Assembly: GCA_963823665.1 (NCBI GenBank)
Contig: CAWGMQ010000005.1
Span: forward strand, 1,696,001-1,760,000
Direction of reading: 5' to 3'
Length of the DNA: 64,000 nt
Source of the DNA: an uncultured Planctomycetota bacterium
Lineage (GTDB): Bacteria > Planctomycetota > Planctomycetia > Isosphaerales > Isosphaeraceae
Shown here: positions 9,404-21,465 of the stretch, one piece after another
Layout of the letters: each line of letters begins with the position of its first letter
How positions within the stretch are numbered: position 1 is the stretch's first letter
Position numbers and translations under genes: made by a program
The notes under the pieces: model-generated
The model's database searches: none
Told to the model about the DNA's origin: nothing
What the model saw: only the letters and a program-made list of their open reading frames with translations

Positions 9404-10006
9404 ATGTCACGGCCCCCCAGCGGCAAGCAGAACGGGTTTCATGATCCGTCGCGCAGGTTTCGATTCGACGACTTCGGAACCGCTGCGGGCAGCCACCGGT
9501 CCGACGGTTTAATCACGGCAGAGGCTGGGCGAGGCCATTCCGGCCGGAGGTTTGTCGTTGTCGCGGTGGTGGTGATCCTTCTCACCTGGGGCGGTTTGTA
9601 CCTTGCCTTCCAGCGATGGCGGGCAGCCTATCGTGAGCGCGCTGCCTGGGGGGCATCCCATGTCGTTTCGGCGATCGATCCGCTCAAGGAAATTGTGCCG
9701 CCCGGCGTTGACCGGGCAGTCTGGCGCAACGCGGTCGATGAGACCCACGCCATGCTCTTGACCGTGGTCGCGTCGAATCTGCTCGATCTCCACGAGATGG
9801 AAAAGCTCCGCCTCGAGCTCGACCAGTTCGTTTCGCGGGTTCGAGCCCACCCGGAAACGGCCCAAACCGAGCTGGCCGCCATCTGGAACACTCTGGCCGA
9901 CCGCGCCGAATTCTTGTTCCAGGATGGCAAGGATCCAACCCGGGATCGCCACGTGCGGCCCAAGATCCTCCCTCCCAGGCCGGCGAAGACAGCGGCGGCG
10001 CAATAG
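9404..10006 (+). CDS. Hypothetical single-pass membrane protein
   Basis: TM FVVVAVVVILLTWGGLYLAF followed by a helical domain. Confidence 0.7.
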   Translation: MSRPPSGKQNGFHDPSRRFRFDDFGTAAGSHRSDGLITAEAGRGHSGRRFVVVAVVVILLTWGGLYLAFQRWRAAYRERAAWGASHVVSAIDPLKEIVPPGVDRAVWRNAVDETHAMLLTVVASNLLDLHEMEKLRLELDQFVSRVRAHPETAQTELAAIWNTLADRAEFLFQDGKDPTRDRHVRPKILPPRPAKTAAAQ

Positions 10007-10021
10007 ATTCCTCCACGCGGA

Positions 10022-11019
10022 CTATCCTTCCCCCTCTCCCGCCGGGAGAGGGCCGGGGTGAGGGTCTTCGTGCCTGCGGACGGTTATTTCCGCCGTTCCG
10101 GGGAGCCCTCCCGGAAGATTGCCAAAGCGGTCGCGAAGAGCGCGGGCCAGTTCCACGAACGCCGTGACTTCCAGCGCCTCGGCGCGAAGCTGCCCGTTCT
10201 GCCCTCGCGACTCGAGCCAGCGATCGACGTCGGCTTTGGACCACAAGTGGGGCCAGATCTCCGCCAAGGCGTGCCGCACGTATTTGCGCCGGTGCAAGAA
10301 AAGACGGCGCACGAGAGCGTGAAATCCGGCTACGTCAACGACGGTCGCCCGTTTCAGGGGATCGGGCCTGATGGCGACCACCGCCGAATCAACCTTCGGC
10401 CGCGGCCAGAACACCGAAGGCGGCAGCGCCCGAACGATCGAGACATCGGCGAGCGCTTGCACCACGACCGAGACCGACCCGTATGCCGGGCTTGCCGGCG
10501 CAGCGCACAGCCGATCGGCCATTTCCCGTTGAATCGTGACCACGAAGAGCGCCGGGCACAGTTCCGGGTGGATCAGCAGGTTCGAGATCAGCGGAGTTGC
10601 CACATGGTAGGGCAAGTTTGCCACGACCTTGAACGGGCGTTCGTTACCTGCCGCGAGTGCCTGCCGCACGTTGTCGAGGACCGTCGGATGAATGGTGTGC
10701 TTCCCCGCAAGCGCATCAAGGTGAAGCACCCGCACGTTCGGGAGCCCACTGACGGATTGGGCCGTCAGCCTGGCCATCGCCGGATCGACGTCGACGGCGA
10801 TCACCGTCGCCCCGCGCGCTGCCAGAAGCGTGGTCAATGCCCCTGCGCCGATCCAATCTCCAGGATCACGTCCGCGGCACTCACTTCCGCGGCACTGACG
10901 ATCAATTCGTGGATATTGAGATCAATCAGGAAATTCTGGCCCAGTCGCCGCTGGGGAGAGATCCCGAGCCCGGCAAACAGTCCTCGCAGATACGTTTGCG
11001 TTTGACGTACAGGCGCCAT
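10022..11019 (-). CDS. rsmA: 16S rRNA adenine dimethyltransferase, frameshifted near 10850
   Basis: RLGQNFLID, ILEIGxGxG, VVANLPY, FWPRPKVDS. Confidence 0.93.
10031..10064. repeat. REP-like element CCCTCTCCC-GCC-GGGAGAGGG-CCGGGGTGAGGG in the rsmA 3' end
   Basis: Perfect 9-bp stem plus GGGGTGAGGG tail, a familiar REP-type layout. Confidence 0.7.
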
Positions 11020-11020
11020 T

Positions 11021-11612
11021 TCACCCCAGTAATTTCTGCACATGCTTGGCGAGCATATCGACCTCGATGTTCACGCGGTCTCCCACTGCGCTTGCCCCGA
11101 GGGTCGTCATCCGGAGCGTGTGGGGAATGAGCATCACGGAAAACGCGGCAATCCCGACGTCGACCAGGGTCAGGCTGATGCCATCGACGGCGATCGAGCC
11201 CTTTTGCACCATCAATTTCGTCCAGCTCGGATCGACGTCGAATGCCAGGAATTCCCAATCTCCCTGGCGGCGCCGTTCCTGGAGGACGGCCGTGGTGTCG
11301 ATGTGGCCTTGAACAAAGTGGCCGCCCAGCCGGTCGCCCACCTTGAGAGCCCGTTCGAGATTGACCAGGTCGCCGGACTCTCGGTCGTTCAGGTTCGTAC
11401 GCTTGAGGGTCTCTGGCCCGGCCTGAACGTCGAACTCCGTGCCGGAGCATCGGATGGCCGTGAGGCAGCAGCCGTTCACCGCGATGCTTTCGCCCATTTT
11501 GATCGGGTCGAGGTCCGGGAGGCTCCGGCCAGACAATGCTGATTCGTCGACCGTCGTGCTCGTCGCTCACTCTTTCGATGCGGCCCAGCGCTTCGACAAG
11601 TCCCGTAAACAC
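11021..11612 (-). CDS. ribE: Riboflavin synthase alpha chain, frameshifted near 11525
   Basis: (M)FTGLVE, GESIAVNGCCLT, VNLERAL, RLGGHFVQGHID, KGSIAVDGISLT; GTG start with GAGGAG. Confidence 0.93.
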
Positions 11613-11729
11613 CCGCGGCCCTCCTCGTTTAGCTTGACCTGCACTATGGTAGCAAGGTATGAAGCGGGTTAGAATCGAGCGTTCGTGACGACTGACAACT
11701 AAAAACTCAGCAACGCGGAGATCAACGTC

Positions 11730-12650
11730 ATGACAGGCCACGTGAATCGGCGCGACTTCATGGTCAAGACGGCCGCTGCCACGACCGCCGTGGTGGCCAC
11801 AGTTTCGGACGCTTCCGCTTTCGCGGCCCCGGGGCTGACCGGCCGCGGCCGGACGGCCTTGCCCAAGACCCCGACAGACCTCGTCACGCTCGGCAAGACC
11901 GGTATCCAGGTCTCCTTGATCGGCATGGGAACCGGCAGCGTCGGCAGTGGTCAGGCGAGCAACCAGACACGACTCGGCGTGGAGGGCTTCAAACGCGTCG
12001 TCCGGCACGCGCTCGATCATGGCATACGATTTTTCGACGTCGCCGACCAGTACGGCTCGCACGTCTACCTTCGGGAGGCGCTCAAGGGCGTGCCGCGGGA
12101 CCAGTACGTCATTCAGACCAAGACCCACGCGACAAATCTTGCCGATGCCCGCAGCCACCTCGAGCGCTACCGGCTCGAACTGGGCGTAGATTACATCGAC
12201 ATCGTCCTGCTGCACTGCATGACGAAAACGGGGTGGCCACACGACCATCAGGGCTCGATGGAATACCTGATGAAGGCCAAGGAAGAAAAGATCATCCGGG
12301 CGCATGGCACGAGTTGCCACGGCATGGATCCGTTACGCACGTCGGCCAAGACTTCCTTCGTCGAAGTCGACCTGGCGCGCATCAATCCGGAAGGGCTGAT
12401 CATGGATGGCAAGAAGCCGGATGAGGTCGTCTCGGTGCTGGAGGAGATGCATAACGCCGGCAAAGGCGTGATCGGGATGAAAATCCTCGGTGAGGGGCAA
12501 ATCAACACCCCGGAGCGAAAAGACGCATCATTGCGCTACGTACTCGGCCTGGGCACGGTCGACGCGTTCATCATCGGCTTTCAGGCAACAGAACAGGTCG
12601 ACGACATCCTGAAGCGAACCGGAGATGCGATCGCGTTCTTGAAGGGCTGA
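11730..12650 (+). CDS. Aldo/keto reductase with twin-arginine signal peptide
   Basis: NRRDFM Tat motif; LGKTG, FFDVADQYGS, DYIDIVLLH, IGMKILG. Confidence 0.88.
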   Translation: MTGHVNRRDFMVKTAAATTAVVATVSDASAFAAPGLTGRGRTALPKTPTDLVTLGKTGIQVSLIGMGTGSVGSGQASNQTRLGVEGFKRVVRHALDHGIRFFDVADQYGSHVYLREALKGVPRDQYVIQTKTHATNLADARSHLERYRLELGVDYIDIVLLHCMTKTGWPHDHQGSMEYLMKAKEEKIIRAHGTSCHGMDPLRTSAKTSFVEVDLARINPEGLIMDGKKPDEVVSVLEEMHNAGKGVIGMKILGEGQINTPERKDASLRYVLGLGTVDAFIIGFQATEQVDDILKRTGDAIAFLKG

Positions 12651-12656
12651 TTTCGA

Positions 12657-12842
12657 TCAGTGATCGTGGCGGTCCACGTCGTGGTGGTGTGCTCCGATCT
12701 CGCGACAGGTCACACATGCTGGCCCGTGCTCGCTCCCCGTTGCCGCGTCAACATAGTCGGATACCTGGGGCATAACGTAGATCACCCCACCTACCACCAA
12801 GATCATCGCTAACCAGACTAACGTGTCCCGTACCTGTCGCAT
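12657..12842 (-). CDS. Small membrane-anchored protein with CxxC and His-rich tail
   Basis: GGAGG RBS; TM helix; CVTC...HHHDVDRHDH. Confidence 0.55.
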   Translation of the reverse strand: MRQVRDTLVWLAMILVVGGVIYVMPQVSDYVDAATGSEHGPACVTCREIGAHHHDVDRHDH

Positions 12843-13127
12843 AACAGATCGCCTCCCCCTGAGCTATTGGGTGAAGCAGACAGCTATCGCGTCGTCTTCG
12901 AAAGATCGCCACGGATTTCGCGGTCTGCTCCGGATGTCACTCGTGCCGCCCTTTCCGGCAAGAACCAGTCGCTTCCAGAATCGCGCAGCCATGAATGAAC
13001 GCTCGCTTGTGCCATTGCAGGCGCGCCCATGTGGCACCAGACTACGAAGCACTCGCCGCACCGGTGCCATTCGTTATTATTCGGGTTAGCACGACCCTTT
13101 TCGCGAGCTTTGCGCGAGGGGTATCTC

Positions 13128-13143
13128 AGCAAATCCCTTGCCG
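13128..13143 (-). promoter_or_regulatory. Possible sigma54 -24/-12 promoter for the small CxxC/His gene
   Basis: CGGCAAG-GGAT-TTGCT has GG-N10-GC spacing; about 285 bp upstream of the ATG. Confidence 0.3.
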
Positions 13144-13306
13144 TTACAGGCTCACCTCCAGTTCATCCAAGACTGGAATTGCAGGCTCTATTGCGAAGAA
13201 TAGGTGATTTTTCACGTTCTGTCTGCTCCAAATTCCTCTAATAGATGGAACCGACTAACTCCTTCGGTGTGACGAGCCTGACGCAAAAAAACCACGAGAA
13301 ACTCCA

Positions 13307-13777
13307 GTGCAGACCAATGGACCTCTCCGCGCCGGTGACGCCGCCCCCGACTTCACGCTCGCCTCGGCGACCGGTGAAACGGTCAACCTGGCGGATTTCC
13401 GTGGTCGCTGTGAGGTCGTCTTGTTCTTTTATCCCAGGGACAACACCGCCGTCTGTTCGGCCGAGGCCTGTTCGTTCCGCGACAGTTTCCAGGACTTCCA
13501 GGACGCGGGTGCGCAGGTGGTGGGCATCAGTGCCGACTCGGCGGATTCGCACCGGCGATTTGCCGAACGGCTGCATCTACCTTTCCTGCTCCTCAGCGAC
13601 CCCGGCGGTGCCATCCGCGCCCGATTCCGGGTGCCCAGGACGTTTGGTCTCATCCCCGGCCGCACCACATTCTTGATCGACAGGAACGGCATCATCCAGC
13701 GCGTCTTCTCCTCTCAGTTTCAACCGGAAAAGCACGTAACGGAGACCCTGGCCGCCCTGAGGAAACTTCGAGAATGA
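13307..13777 (+). CDS. bcp: Peroxiredoxin, BCP/PrxQ type
   Basis: [28 protein letters not shown]. Confidence 0.9.
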   Translation: MQTNGPLRAGDAAPDFTLASATGETVNLADFRGRCEVVLFFYPRDNTAVCSAEACSFRDSFQDFQDAGAQVVGISADSADSHRRFAERLHLPFLLLSDPGGAIRARFRVPRTFGLIPGRTTFLIDRNGIIQRVFSSQFQPEKHVTETLAALRKLRE

Positions 13778-14628
13778 ATGCACCACCTCGCCCGTCGTCT
13801 GGTCTCTACATTCACGGAAGCGCGCCGGAAGAGCAGCGACGGCTGTCGCGACTGAACGACCTCCTCAACCAAGACTCGCTGCGTGAGCTTGGCTTGCGCG
13901 GCGGCGAACACATTCTCGATTTTGGGAGCGGAATCGCTCAATTCACACGCGTGATGGCCCGCGCAGCCGGGCCGACCGGACGAGTCATCGGGATCGAACG
14001 GGACCGGGACCAGCTCGAAGAAGCCCGGAGGCAGGCTGCTTCCGAGGGCGAGGCCGACCTGGTCGAGCTCAGACTGGGCGACGCCCTCGACCCACCACTT
14101 CAGCCTGCGGAATGGGGTACGTTTGACCTGGTACACACCCGCTACCTGCTCGAGCACGTCGCCGACCCGCCCGCCGTGGTCCGAACCATGGTTCGCGCTG
14201 CCCGCCCGGGAGGCCGGATCATCCTGGCCGATGACGACCACGACATCCTCCGCCTCTGGCCCGAGCCGCCGGGGCTCGTGCTGCTCTGGCAGGCGTACAT
14301 CCGAAGCTACGACCGGCTTGGCAATGACCCGTATGTTGGTCGCCGTCTCGTCTCGCTGCTGCACGAGGCGGGTGCGATACCGGCTCGGAACAACTGGGTG
14401 TTCTTCGGCGGGTGTGCAGGAACTCCAGCCTTCGTGGATATCGTCGAGAATCTTGCCAGGATCCTGCTCGGAGCACGCGAGGTGATCCTCGCAACCGCCC
14501 ATCTGCCGGAAAAAACGTTCGACGACGCGATCGCCGCCCTGCGTGACTGGAGCACCCGGTCCGACGCGGCTTTCTGGTTCGCAATGTGCGTGGCTGAAGG
14601 CTTCAAACCTACCGTCGAGGCTTTGTGA
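13774..14628 (+). CDS. Class I SAM-dependent methyltransferase
   Basis: [39 protein letters not shown] overlap with bcp. Confidence 0.88.
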   Translation: MNAPPRPSSGLYIHGSAPEEQRRLSRLNDLLNQDSLRELGLRGGEHILDFGSGIAQFTRVMARAAGPTGRVIGIERDRDQLEEARRQAASEGEADLVELRLGDALDPPLQPAEWGTFDLVHTRYLLEHVADPPAVVRTMVRAARPGGRIILADDDHDILRLWPEPPGLVLLWQAYIRSYDRLGNDPYVGRRLVSLLHEAGAIPARNNWVFFGGCAGTPAFVDIVENLARILLGAREVILATAHLPEKTFDDAIAALRDWSTRSDAAFWFAMCVAEGFKPTVEAL

Positions 14629-17600
14629 TGAACCGAATTCGTTGCTTGCGGGCACACCGGCTCGCCGCGATTTACCTGCTCCTGGCCGCCGGCATCTCGA
14701 TCCGCACTGAGGCCGGCGAAGTCAAGCTCGACGGCCGCGTGTTCACGATTCCCGAAGGCTTCACAATCGAACGGATTGCCGGTCCGCCACTGATCGAGCG
14801 GCCGATCACAGCCGCATTCGATGACCGGGGGCGGCTCTATGTCGCCGACTCCTCCGGCTCAAATGACAATGTCAAAAAACAGCTTGCGGAAAAGCCGCAT
14901 CGGATCATCCGCCTGGAGGACAGCGACGGCGACGGGCGTTACGACACGAAAACCGTCTTCGCCGACCGCATGATGTTCCCCGAGGGAACCATGTGGCTCG
15001 ACGGCTCCCTTTACGTCGCTGCGCCCCCCTCGATCTGGAAACTGACCGACTCGGATGGCGACGGCGTCGCCGAGGAGCGAGTCGAATGGTTCCACGGCAA
15101 GACCTTGACCGGCTGCGCGAACGACCTGCACGGGCCGTACCCGGGCCCAGACGGCTGGATCTACTGGTGCAAGGGCGCCTTCGCCGAGCAGACGTACGCG
15201 CGGCCGGGCAAGCCGCCGTTCGTGACCCGGGCAGCCCATATCTTCCGGTGCCGGGCCGATGGGTCAGGCATCGAGCCGATCATGACCGGCGGCATGGACA
15301 ACCCTGTCGATGTGGTGTTTACCCCTGGCGGCGAGCCGATCTTCACCACCACCTTCTTCGTGCATCCCGGCGGCGGCCAGCGTGACGGCCTTGTCCACGC
15401 AATCTACGGCGGCATCTACGGAAAGGTGCACGACCCGATCTTCCAGCCGGGCCACAGATGGACCGGACCCGAAGTCATGCCTCCTTTGCTTCACATGGGC
15501 CCGGCCGCGCCGTGCGGACTCACTCGCTACGAGTCTGAGAGTTTCGGCCCGGCCTACAAAGACAATCTCTTCGCTTGCTACTTCAACCTCCACAAGGTTG
15601 GCCGGCACGTCCTGGCGACCTCCGGCTCCACGTTCTCTACCAAGGACGAAGACTTCGTCACCAGCCCTGACCTTGATTTCCACCCGACTGACGTGCTCGA
15701 GGACGCCGACGGAAGCCTGATCGTCGTCGACACCGGCGGCTGGTACAAACTCTGCTGCCCGACCTCGCAGCTCCACAAGCCCGACGTGCTCGGCGCGATT
15801 TATCGAGTCAGGCGGTCCGGTGCGGAGCTCGTACGCGATGCCAGGGGGCGAGCCGTACGCGAGCAGTTGAAAGGTCTCGAGCCGGCTGCGGCCGCGGCAG
15901 AATTCGTCCGGCTACTCGGCGACTCTCGTCCGGCCGTGCAGCGATTCGCAATCGAGTCGCTCGCTGAACCGGCTCGCAAGGGCACCGCTCTCCCTGCGCT
16001 GCGGCAGGCGCTCTTGGCCGATTCGTCCATCACGCTGCGGCGCAACGCAGTCTGGAGTGTGACGCGCGTGGACGATCCCGCTGCGCGAGCGATCGCTCGC
16101 TCCCTGCTCCTCGATCCTGACGAGTCCGTTCGCCAGGCTGCGGCTCATTCGGCGGGTCTCTGGCGCGAGCGCGCCGCCGTGCCCCAGCTCATCAAAATGT
16201 TTGAAGGCACGTCAATGCACAACCGCCGCGCCGCCGCCCAGGCCCTGGGGCGCATCGGCGATAAGACCGCCGTGCCTGCGCTCCTGGCCGCGTCGAGCGC
16301 GCCCAATGACCGCTCGCTCGAGCACTCCATCACGTACGCGCTCGATCGAGATCGCCGATCCCGAATCCGTTGCGTCCGCCCAGAATAGCCAGGATCCGCG
16401 CATCCTCCGGACCGCGCTCGTGGCGATGGACCAGATGGAAGGCGGTCGCCTCGAGGCGTCCAGGATCGCCGGCTTGCTCGCATCAAGCGACCCTGTTCTC
16501 AAGGAGACAGCGAGATGGATCGTCGGCCGCCATCCAGAATGGGCAGGCGCCCTCGCCGGAGTTCTCGGCCGATGGCTCGATCAGTCCGACCTCCCGAGCG
16601 CCGAGCGTGCCGAGCTGGAAAAGCAGCTCGGCCGGCTGGCTCAAGCTGCGCCGATTCAAGAGCTTCTCGCCGATCGATTGAACAGTGCCTCCGCTCCAAG
16701 CGCCGCCCGGCAAAGCAGCCTGCAGGCCATGGCCTGGTCGGGCTTGAATGAAAAACAGGTGCCGCCGGGTTGGATCTCCGGGCTGGCCGCTGTGCTCGAC
16801 GAAAACCCCGCGAGTGTTGAGCTTATTCCGCTGGCAGTGGCGGCCGCTCGCGCCCTGCCCCTGGGCCACACGCGGGCGGGCCGGCTGTCACCGGCCCTGC
16901 TCCGAATCGGCGCCGACGCCAAGAAGGCAGACGAGCTGCGTCTCGGCGCACTGGCTGCCGTGCCCGGAGGCTTGAGTATACCTGATGAGAAGCTTTTCGC
17001 CTTCCTGCTCGGCAAGCTGGCACGCACCGAGACGGTCGCGGGCCGCACCACCGCGGCCGACGTTCTGGCACGAGCCAAACTCAGCCCGGAACAGCTCGGG
17101 CGTCTGGCCGAGACACTGCGTTCTGCCGGGCCCGTCGAGGTTGACCGGTTACTGGCCGCGTTCGAGCAATCGAACGACGAATCACTCGGTCGCAAAGTCG
17201 TGACGGCCCTTTCCGCCTCGCCGGCTCTTTCCAGCCTTCGGACCGACGCGGTCAAGAGCCACCTGGCGAAGTACCCCGCCGCGGTGCAGAAGGAGGTTGA
17301 AGCATTGGTGGCCAAGATCAACGTCGATGCCGCCAAGCAGAAGGCCCAGCTCGAGCAGCTGTTGCCCACGCTGGCTGCCGGCGACATCCGGCGCGGCCAG
17401 CTTGTCTTCCACAGCGAAAAAGCCGCTTGTTATTCGTGCCATGCCATCGGCTATCGCGGCGGAAACGTCGGCCCGGATTTGACGAAGATCGGCTCGGTTC
17501 GATCCGATCGCGACCTGCTCGAGGCGATCGTGTTCCCGAGCGCCAGCCTGGTGCGCAGCTTCGAGCCGATCGCCGTCGCGACGAATGATGGCAAGGTCTA

Positions 17601-17796
17601 TAACGGCCTGCTCCGCGGCGAGACGGCCGACGAGATCCGCCTGGCAACCGGCGTGAATCAGGAGGCCCGGATCGCCCGCCGCGAGATCGACGAAATGCGC
17701 CCCAGCACCGTCTCGATCATGCCCGCCGGCCTCAACCAGCAACTGACCCATCAAGAACTGGCCGATCTGGTCGCTTTCTTGAAAGCGTGTAAATAG
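14625..17796 (+). CDS. PVC-type heme-binding CxxCH protein (propeller + HEAT repeats + cytochrome c), frameshifted near 16345
   Basis: Signal peptide, propeller motifs (GPDGWIYW), HEAT repeats, CYSCH, GPDLT, SIMPAGL, DLVAFL. Confidence 0.9.
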
Positions 17797-17844
17797 CGAC
17801 ACAGCGGTGCCGTCGCCATCTTGCCAGCCCGCAAATATGCCGAA

Positions 17845-17860
17845 TGGCATCCCGCTTGCA
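17845..17860 (+). promoter_or_regulatory. Sigma54 -24/-12 promoter
   Basis: TGGCATC-CCGC-TTGCA matches TGGCACG-N4-TTGCW; intergenic, 130 bp upstream of the EF-hand gene. Confidence 0.65.
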
Positions 17861-17989
17861 AGGGATGGCTCCCTCAAGGCGGCCAGGAAGAGCGACGGCG
17901 GAATCGTATGGTTCCGTCTACAGACTGCTGCCTGACGTTACTCCAGGATGGATTCCCCAGGAGTTCAGATTCAGGAACGGAGAGGATAG

Positions 17990-18922
17990 ATGCGGACACA
18001 ACTCGCGGTGATCGGGACGCTTGCCACCGGACTTACGGTTCTGGCCCCCACTTGGGGCGTTGCGGATGACAAGACAAAGGCCGGAATCGGTCCGATTCAG
18101 AGCATTCAAGATGTGCAAGACACGGCCAAGATGCTCTTCAAGCTTGCCGACACCAATAATGACGGACGTGATTTCTCAGAAGGAAGCGACGGATGCCGGC
18201 AACCTGATGGTCGGCGGTTTTTTCTTTCGAGCTGACGCCAACGGCGACGGCAACTTGAGCCGCGACGAAGCTCCAGCAGGCTCGCGATAACCTGTTTGCC
18301 CAGCAGCCTCTGCTCAAGCTGGTGCTGGATAAGGCCAAGCCCGCGAACGATGTGCAGACCAACGCGCCGCAGGCCGGCCAGCCGACCGGTGACAAGGCAA
18401 CGACCGTCAAGCAATCTCGCGGCGGACCCGGCAGGAACGATCGGAAGTCTGCTCGACACCAATCACGATCAGATCATCCAGGCGGCTGAAGTGCGGCAGG
18501 CCGTCCAGTCGGGCGTGCAGGCCCTCTTCACTGTGGCCGACACCAATCAGGATGGCCAGTTGACGCCCTACGAGCTCAACGCGGCCGTTAGCGAGGTCGC
18601 CAAGTCGGCCGTCCAGACCGTCTTCCAGGCAGCCGACACAGACCGGAACGGCCAGCTCAGCATGGCCGAATACGACAAGGCCCTCTCCGAGCCGGCCCAC
18701 TCGCTGTTCCGGGTGATCGACGCCGACAACAACAACCAGATCTCGCTGGCCGAGCTCCAGCGAGCCGAGCAGATTCTCGCCGACCAGCTCATGCGACTTC
18801 GCGTGCCAGAACCGCCAAACTCGCTGTCACATCCGGCGCAACCCGGAGCGAGCCCGACGTCGCCGGTCACGCAGGCGCCCAGCACTTCCGCAGGCTCGAG
18901 TGCCGTCGCGACACCTCGATAA
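17990..18922 (+). CDS. Secreted multi-EF-hand Ca-binding protein, several frameshifts (about 18170, 18280, 18400)
   Basis: Signal peptide; DTNNDG, DANGDG, DTNHDQ, DTNQDG, DTDRNG, DADNNN loops spread across three frames. Confidence 0.8.
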
Positions 18923-18982
18923 ACCTTGAAGCACCGGCAGCGCACGCCGACGGTCGTTTCTCAAAAGGAAGCGACCGGTCAG

Positions 18983-19033
18983 GACACCCTCTCGCTCCAA
19001 CATTCTGGTGGTGCGAAAAGGGTGTCTTTTTTT
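18983..19033 (+). terminator. Intrinsic terminator
   Basis: GACACCCT...AGGGTGTC stem followed by TTTTTTT, downstream of the EF-hand gene. Confidence 0.65.
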
Positions 19034-19079
19034 CGCGCTGCGCCCATAATCAGCGAACAGACCTTTGAGGGAAGTCAGT

Positions 19080-19472
19080 ATGACCAAACCCCGCGTCGAC
19101 GACCGCCGGCTCGAGCGGCTCATCGCGATTTGCCTCGCCCTGCCCGAGGCCCAGCAAGAGCGGATGGGCGACCACGCCGCCTTTTCGGTTCGGAAGAAGA
19201 AGTTCGCCTATTATCTCGATAGTCACCACAGCGACGGCATCGTCTCCGTCTGTTTCAAGACCGAACGTGGCCAAAATGAGGTCCTTCTTGCGGCGGACCA
19301 GACGCGGTTTTACAGCCCCGCCTACATCGGACCCAGAGGTTGGGTCGGCTTGCGTCTCGACGTCGGCAAGATTGACTGGTCAGAAGTCGCGGATTTCGTC
19401 GTCGACAGTTACCGGCTCACAGCCCCAAAATCCCTGGCCGCCCAGATCACAACCGACAACTTAGCACCATGA
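19080..19472 (+). CDS. MmcQ/YjbR family protein
   Basis: ICLALPEA, FSVRKKKFA, HHSDG, PAYIGPRGWVG. Confidence 0.88.
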   Translation: MTKPRVDDRRLERLIAICLALPEAQQERMGDHAAFSVRKKKFAYYLDSHHSDGIVSVCFKTERGQNEVLLAADQTRFYSPAYIGPRGWVGLRLDVGKIDWSEVADFVVDSYRLTAPKSLAAQITTDNLAP

Positions 19473-20367
19473 AAATCTCCGCCTTCCCGAAGTGCTACAT
19501 CGACCAGATCGCCGGCGATCGCACGATGTCCGTCTTCGACTGGATCAAGCAGGCACGCTCGCTCGATGCCGACGGTCTGGAAATGTACGACGGGTTCTTC
19601 ACGAGTCTGGAGCCCGCCTATCTCGACCAGGTGCGCGACGCGATCTCCAGTGCGGGCTTCGCGATGCCGATGCTCTGCTGCTCGCCGGATTTCACGAATC
19701 CCGATGCCGACGCGCGAAAGCGGGCCGTCGATCGCCAGGCGACATTGATCACGGTGGCGAAGCGGCTGGGAGGCTCCCGCGCACGGTTTGCCGGGTTCTT
19801 TCCGGCCAGCGCTATCCAGAAGTCGATCGAAAACAGGGGCTGGAATGGGTCGCCGATTGCATCAATCAGTCGCTGGCCGTCGCGCGTGAGCACGACATCG
19901 TTCTGGGGCTCGAGAACCACTACAAGGACAGCTTCTGGAAGTATCCCGAATTCGCTCAGAAGATGGATGTCTTCCTCGAGCTGCTGGAGATGATCCCGGA
20001 TCGAGATCACTTCGGCGTGCAGTATGACCCATCAAACGCCATCGTCGCCGGTGACGATCCGATCGCTCTTCTGCGTGCGGTGGCCGGCCGCGTGGTCAGC
20101 ATGCACGCCAGCGACCGGTATCTGGCCGAAGGAGCGACCCTGGACGACCTGCGACAGACCGACGGCACGCTCGGCTATTCGCCCAGATCTGCGTCACGGT
20201 GTCACGGGCAAGGGGCTCAACGATTATCACGCGATCTTCCGGATCCTTGCCGAGCATCGAGTACCGAGGCTGGATCAGCATCGAAGATGGCATGAACGGA
20301 ATGGAGGAAATGGCCGAGTCGCTCGAATTCCTGCAGGCGCATGAGCGCGACCTACTTTCCAGATTGA
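19469..20367 (+). CDS. Sugar phosphate isomerase/epimerase (xylose isomerase-like TIM barrel), multiple frameshifts
   Basis: SAFPKCY, CSPDFT, LENHYKD, YDPSN, MHASDR, GWISIEDG distributed over frames; inferred end LRRMSATYFPD*. Confidence 0.8.
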
Positions 20368-20378
20368 GATCAGCATGG

Positions 20379-21465
20379 ATGGACCAGTTGCGGACGGCTC
20401 TGGTGGGCTGCGGCAAGGTCGGCCAGACTCACGCCCAGGCCCTCTCCAGCCTGCCCGAATCGGAATTCGTCGCCGTCTGTGACGTCGACTTCGACCGTGC
20501 TCAAGCCTTCGCAACTCGCTTCGGTGCGCGACCGTTCGACGACATCAGTCGGATGCTCGCGAGAAAGCCGCCTCGACGTCCTTTGTATCGCCACGCCGCA
20601 CCCGCTGCACGCTGAACCCGCCATTGCGGCCGCCTCTGCCGGCGTGCACGTACTTGTGGAAAAGCCGCTGGCTGCGAGCCTTTCCGATTGCGACGCGATG
20701 CTCGCCTCCGCGTACGAGGGCAAGACTAAGCTGGGCGTCATCAGCCAGCGCCGATGGTACGAGCCTGTGAGACGCATGAAAGACGCGATTGACGCGGGCA
20801 AGATCGGCCGGCCGGTCCTGGGTACCTTCTCCATGTATAGCTGGCGCGATCCGGCGTACTACCGCTCTGATCCCTGGCGCGGCCGCTGGGATACCGAGGG
20901 CGGCGGCGTACTCGTCAACCAGTCGCCCCACATGCTGGATCTGCTCCTCTGGCTGATGGACGACGACGTGGCCGAGGTCAGCGGCTACTGGGCGAACTTG
21001 AATCACCCCACCGTGGAGGTCGAGGATAGCGCCGTCGCGATCCTTCGGTTTCGCCGGGGCGGCCTGGGCTCGATCGTGGCCAGCCTGTCGCAAAAACCGG
21101 GAATTCATACCAAAGTGCACATTCACGGGTCTTCGGGCGCATCGGTTGGCGTTGAAACCGACCGTGGTGCCACGTTCATCGCTGGAGTCTCGGCCATCTC
21201 GGAACCACCGCTCAATGACATGTGGACGATCCCGGGAGAGGAGGCAGAACTCCCGCGATTTCAGGCCGAAGACCGTGCCCGATTCCAGACGATCGATGCG
21301 GCCTACCACTACCATGCCCTGCAAATCCATGACTTCCTCCGAGCGGTGATCGAAGATCGGCCTCCGCTCGTTACCGGAAAGGACGGCCGCCGCGTCGTTG
21401 CCTTGTTCCAGGCCATTTTCCAGTCTAACCGCGAGGGTCGTTCGGTCAAGCCTGCCGCCGATTGA
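20379..21465 (+). CDS. Gfo/Idh/MocA family oxidoreductase, frameshifted near 20560
   Basis: ALVGCGKVG, IATPHPLH, HVLVEKPLA, GGGVLVNQSPH, VEDSA. Confidence 0.9.

Noticed and set aside
11612..11730. FMN riboswitch upstream of ribE
   Set aside because: Intergenic space is short, shared with a divergent gene, and lacks RFN conserved segments
10926..12320. 464-aa minus-strand ORF
   Set aside because: Composite of the aldo/keto reductase antisense frame and the frameshifted ribE N-terminus
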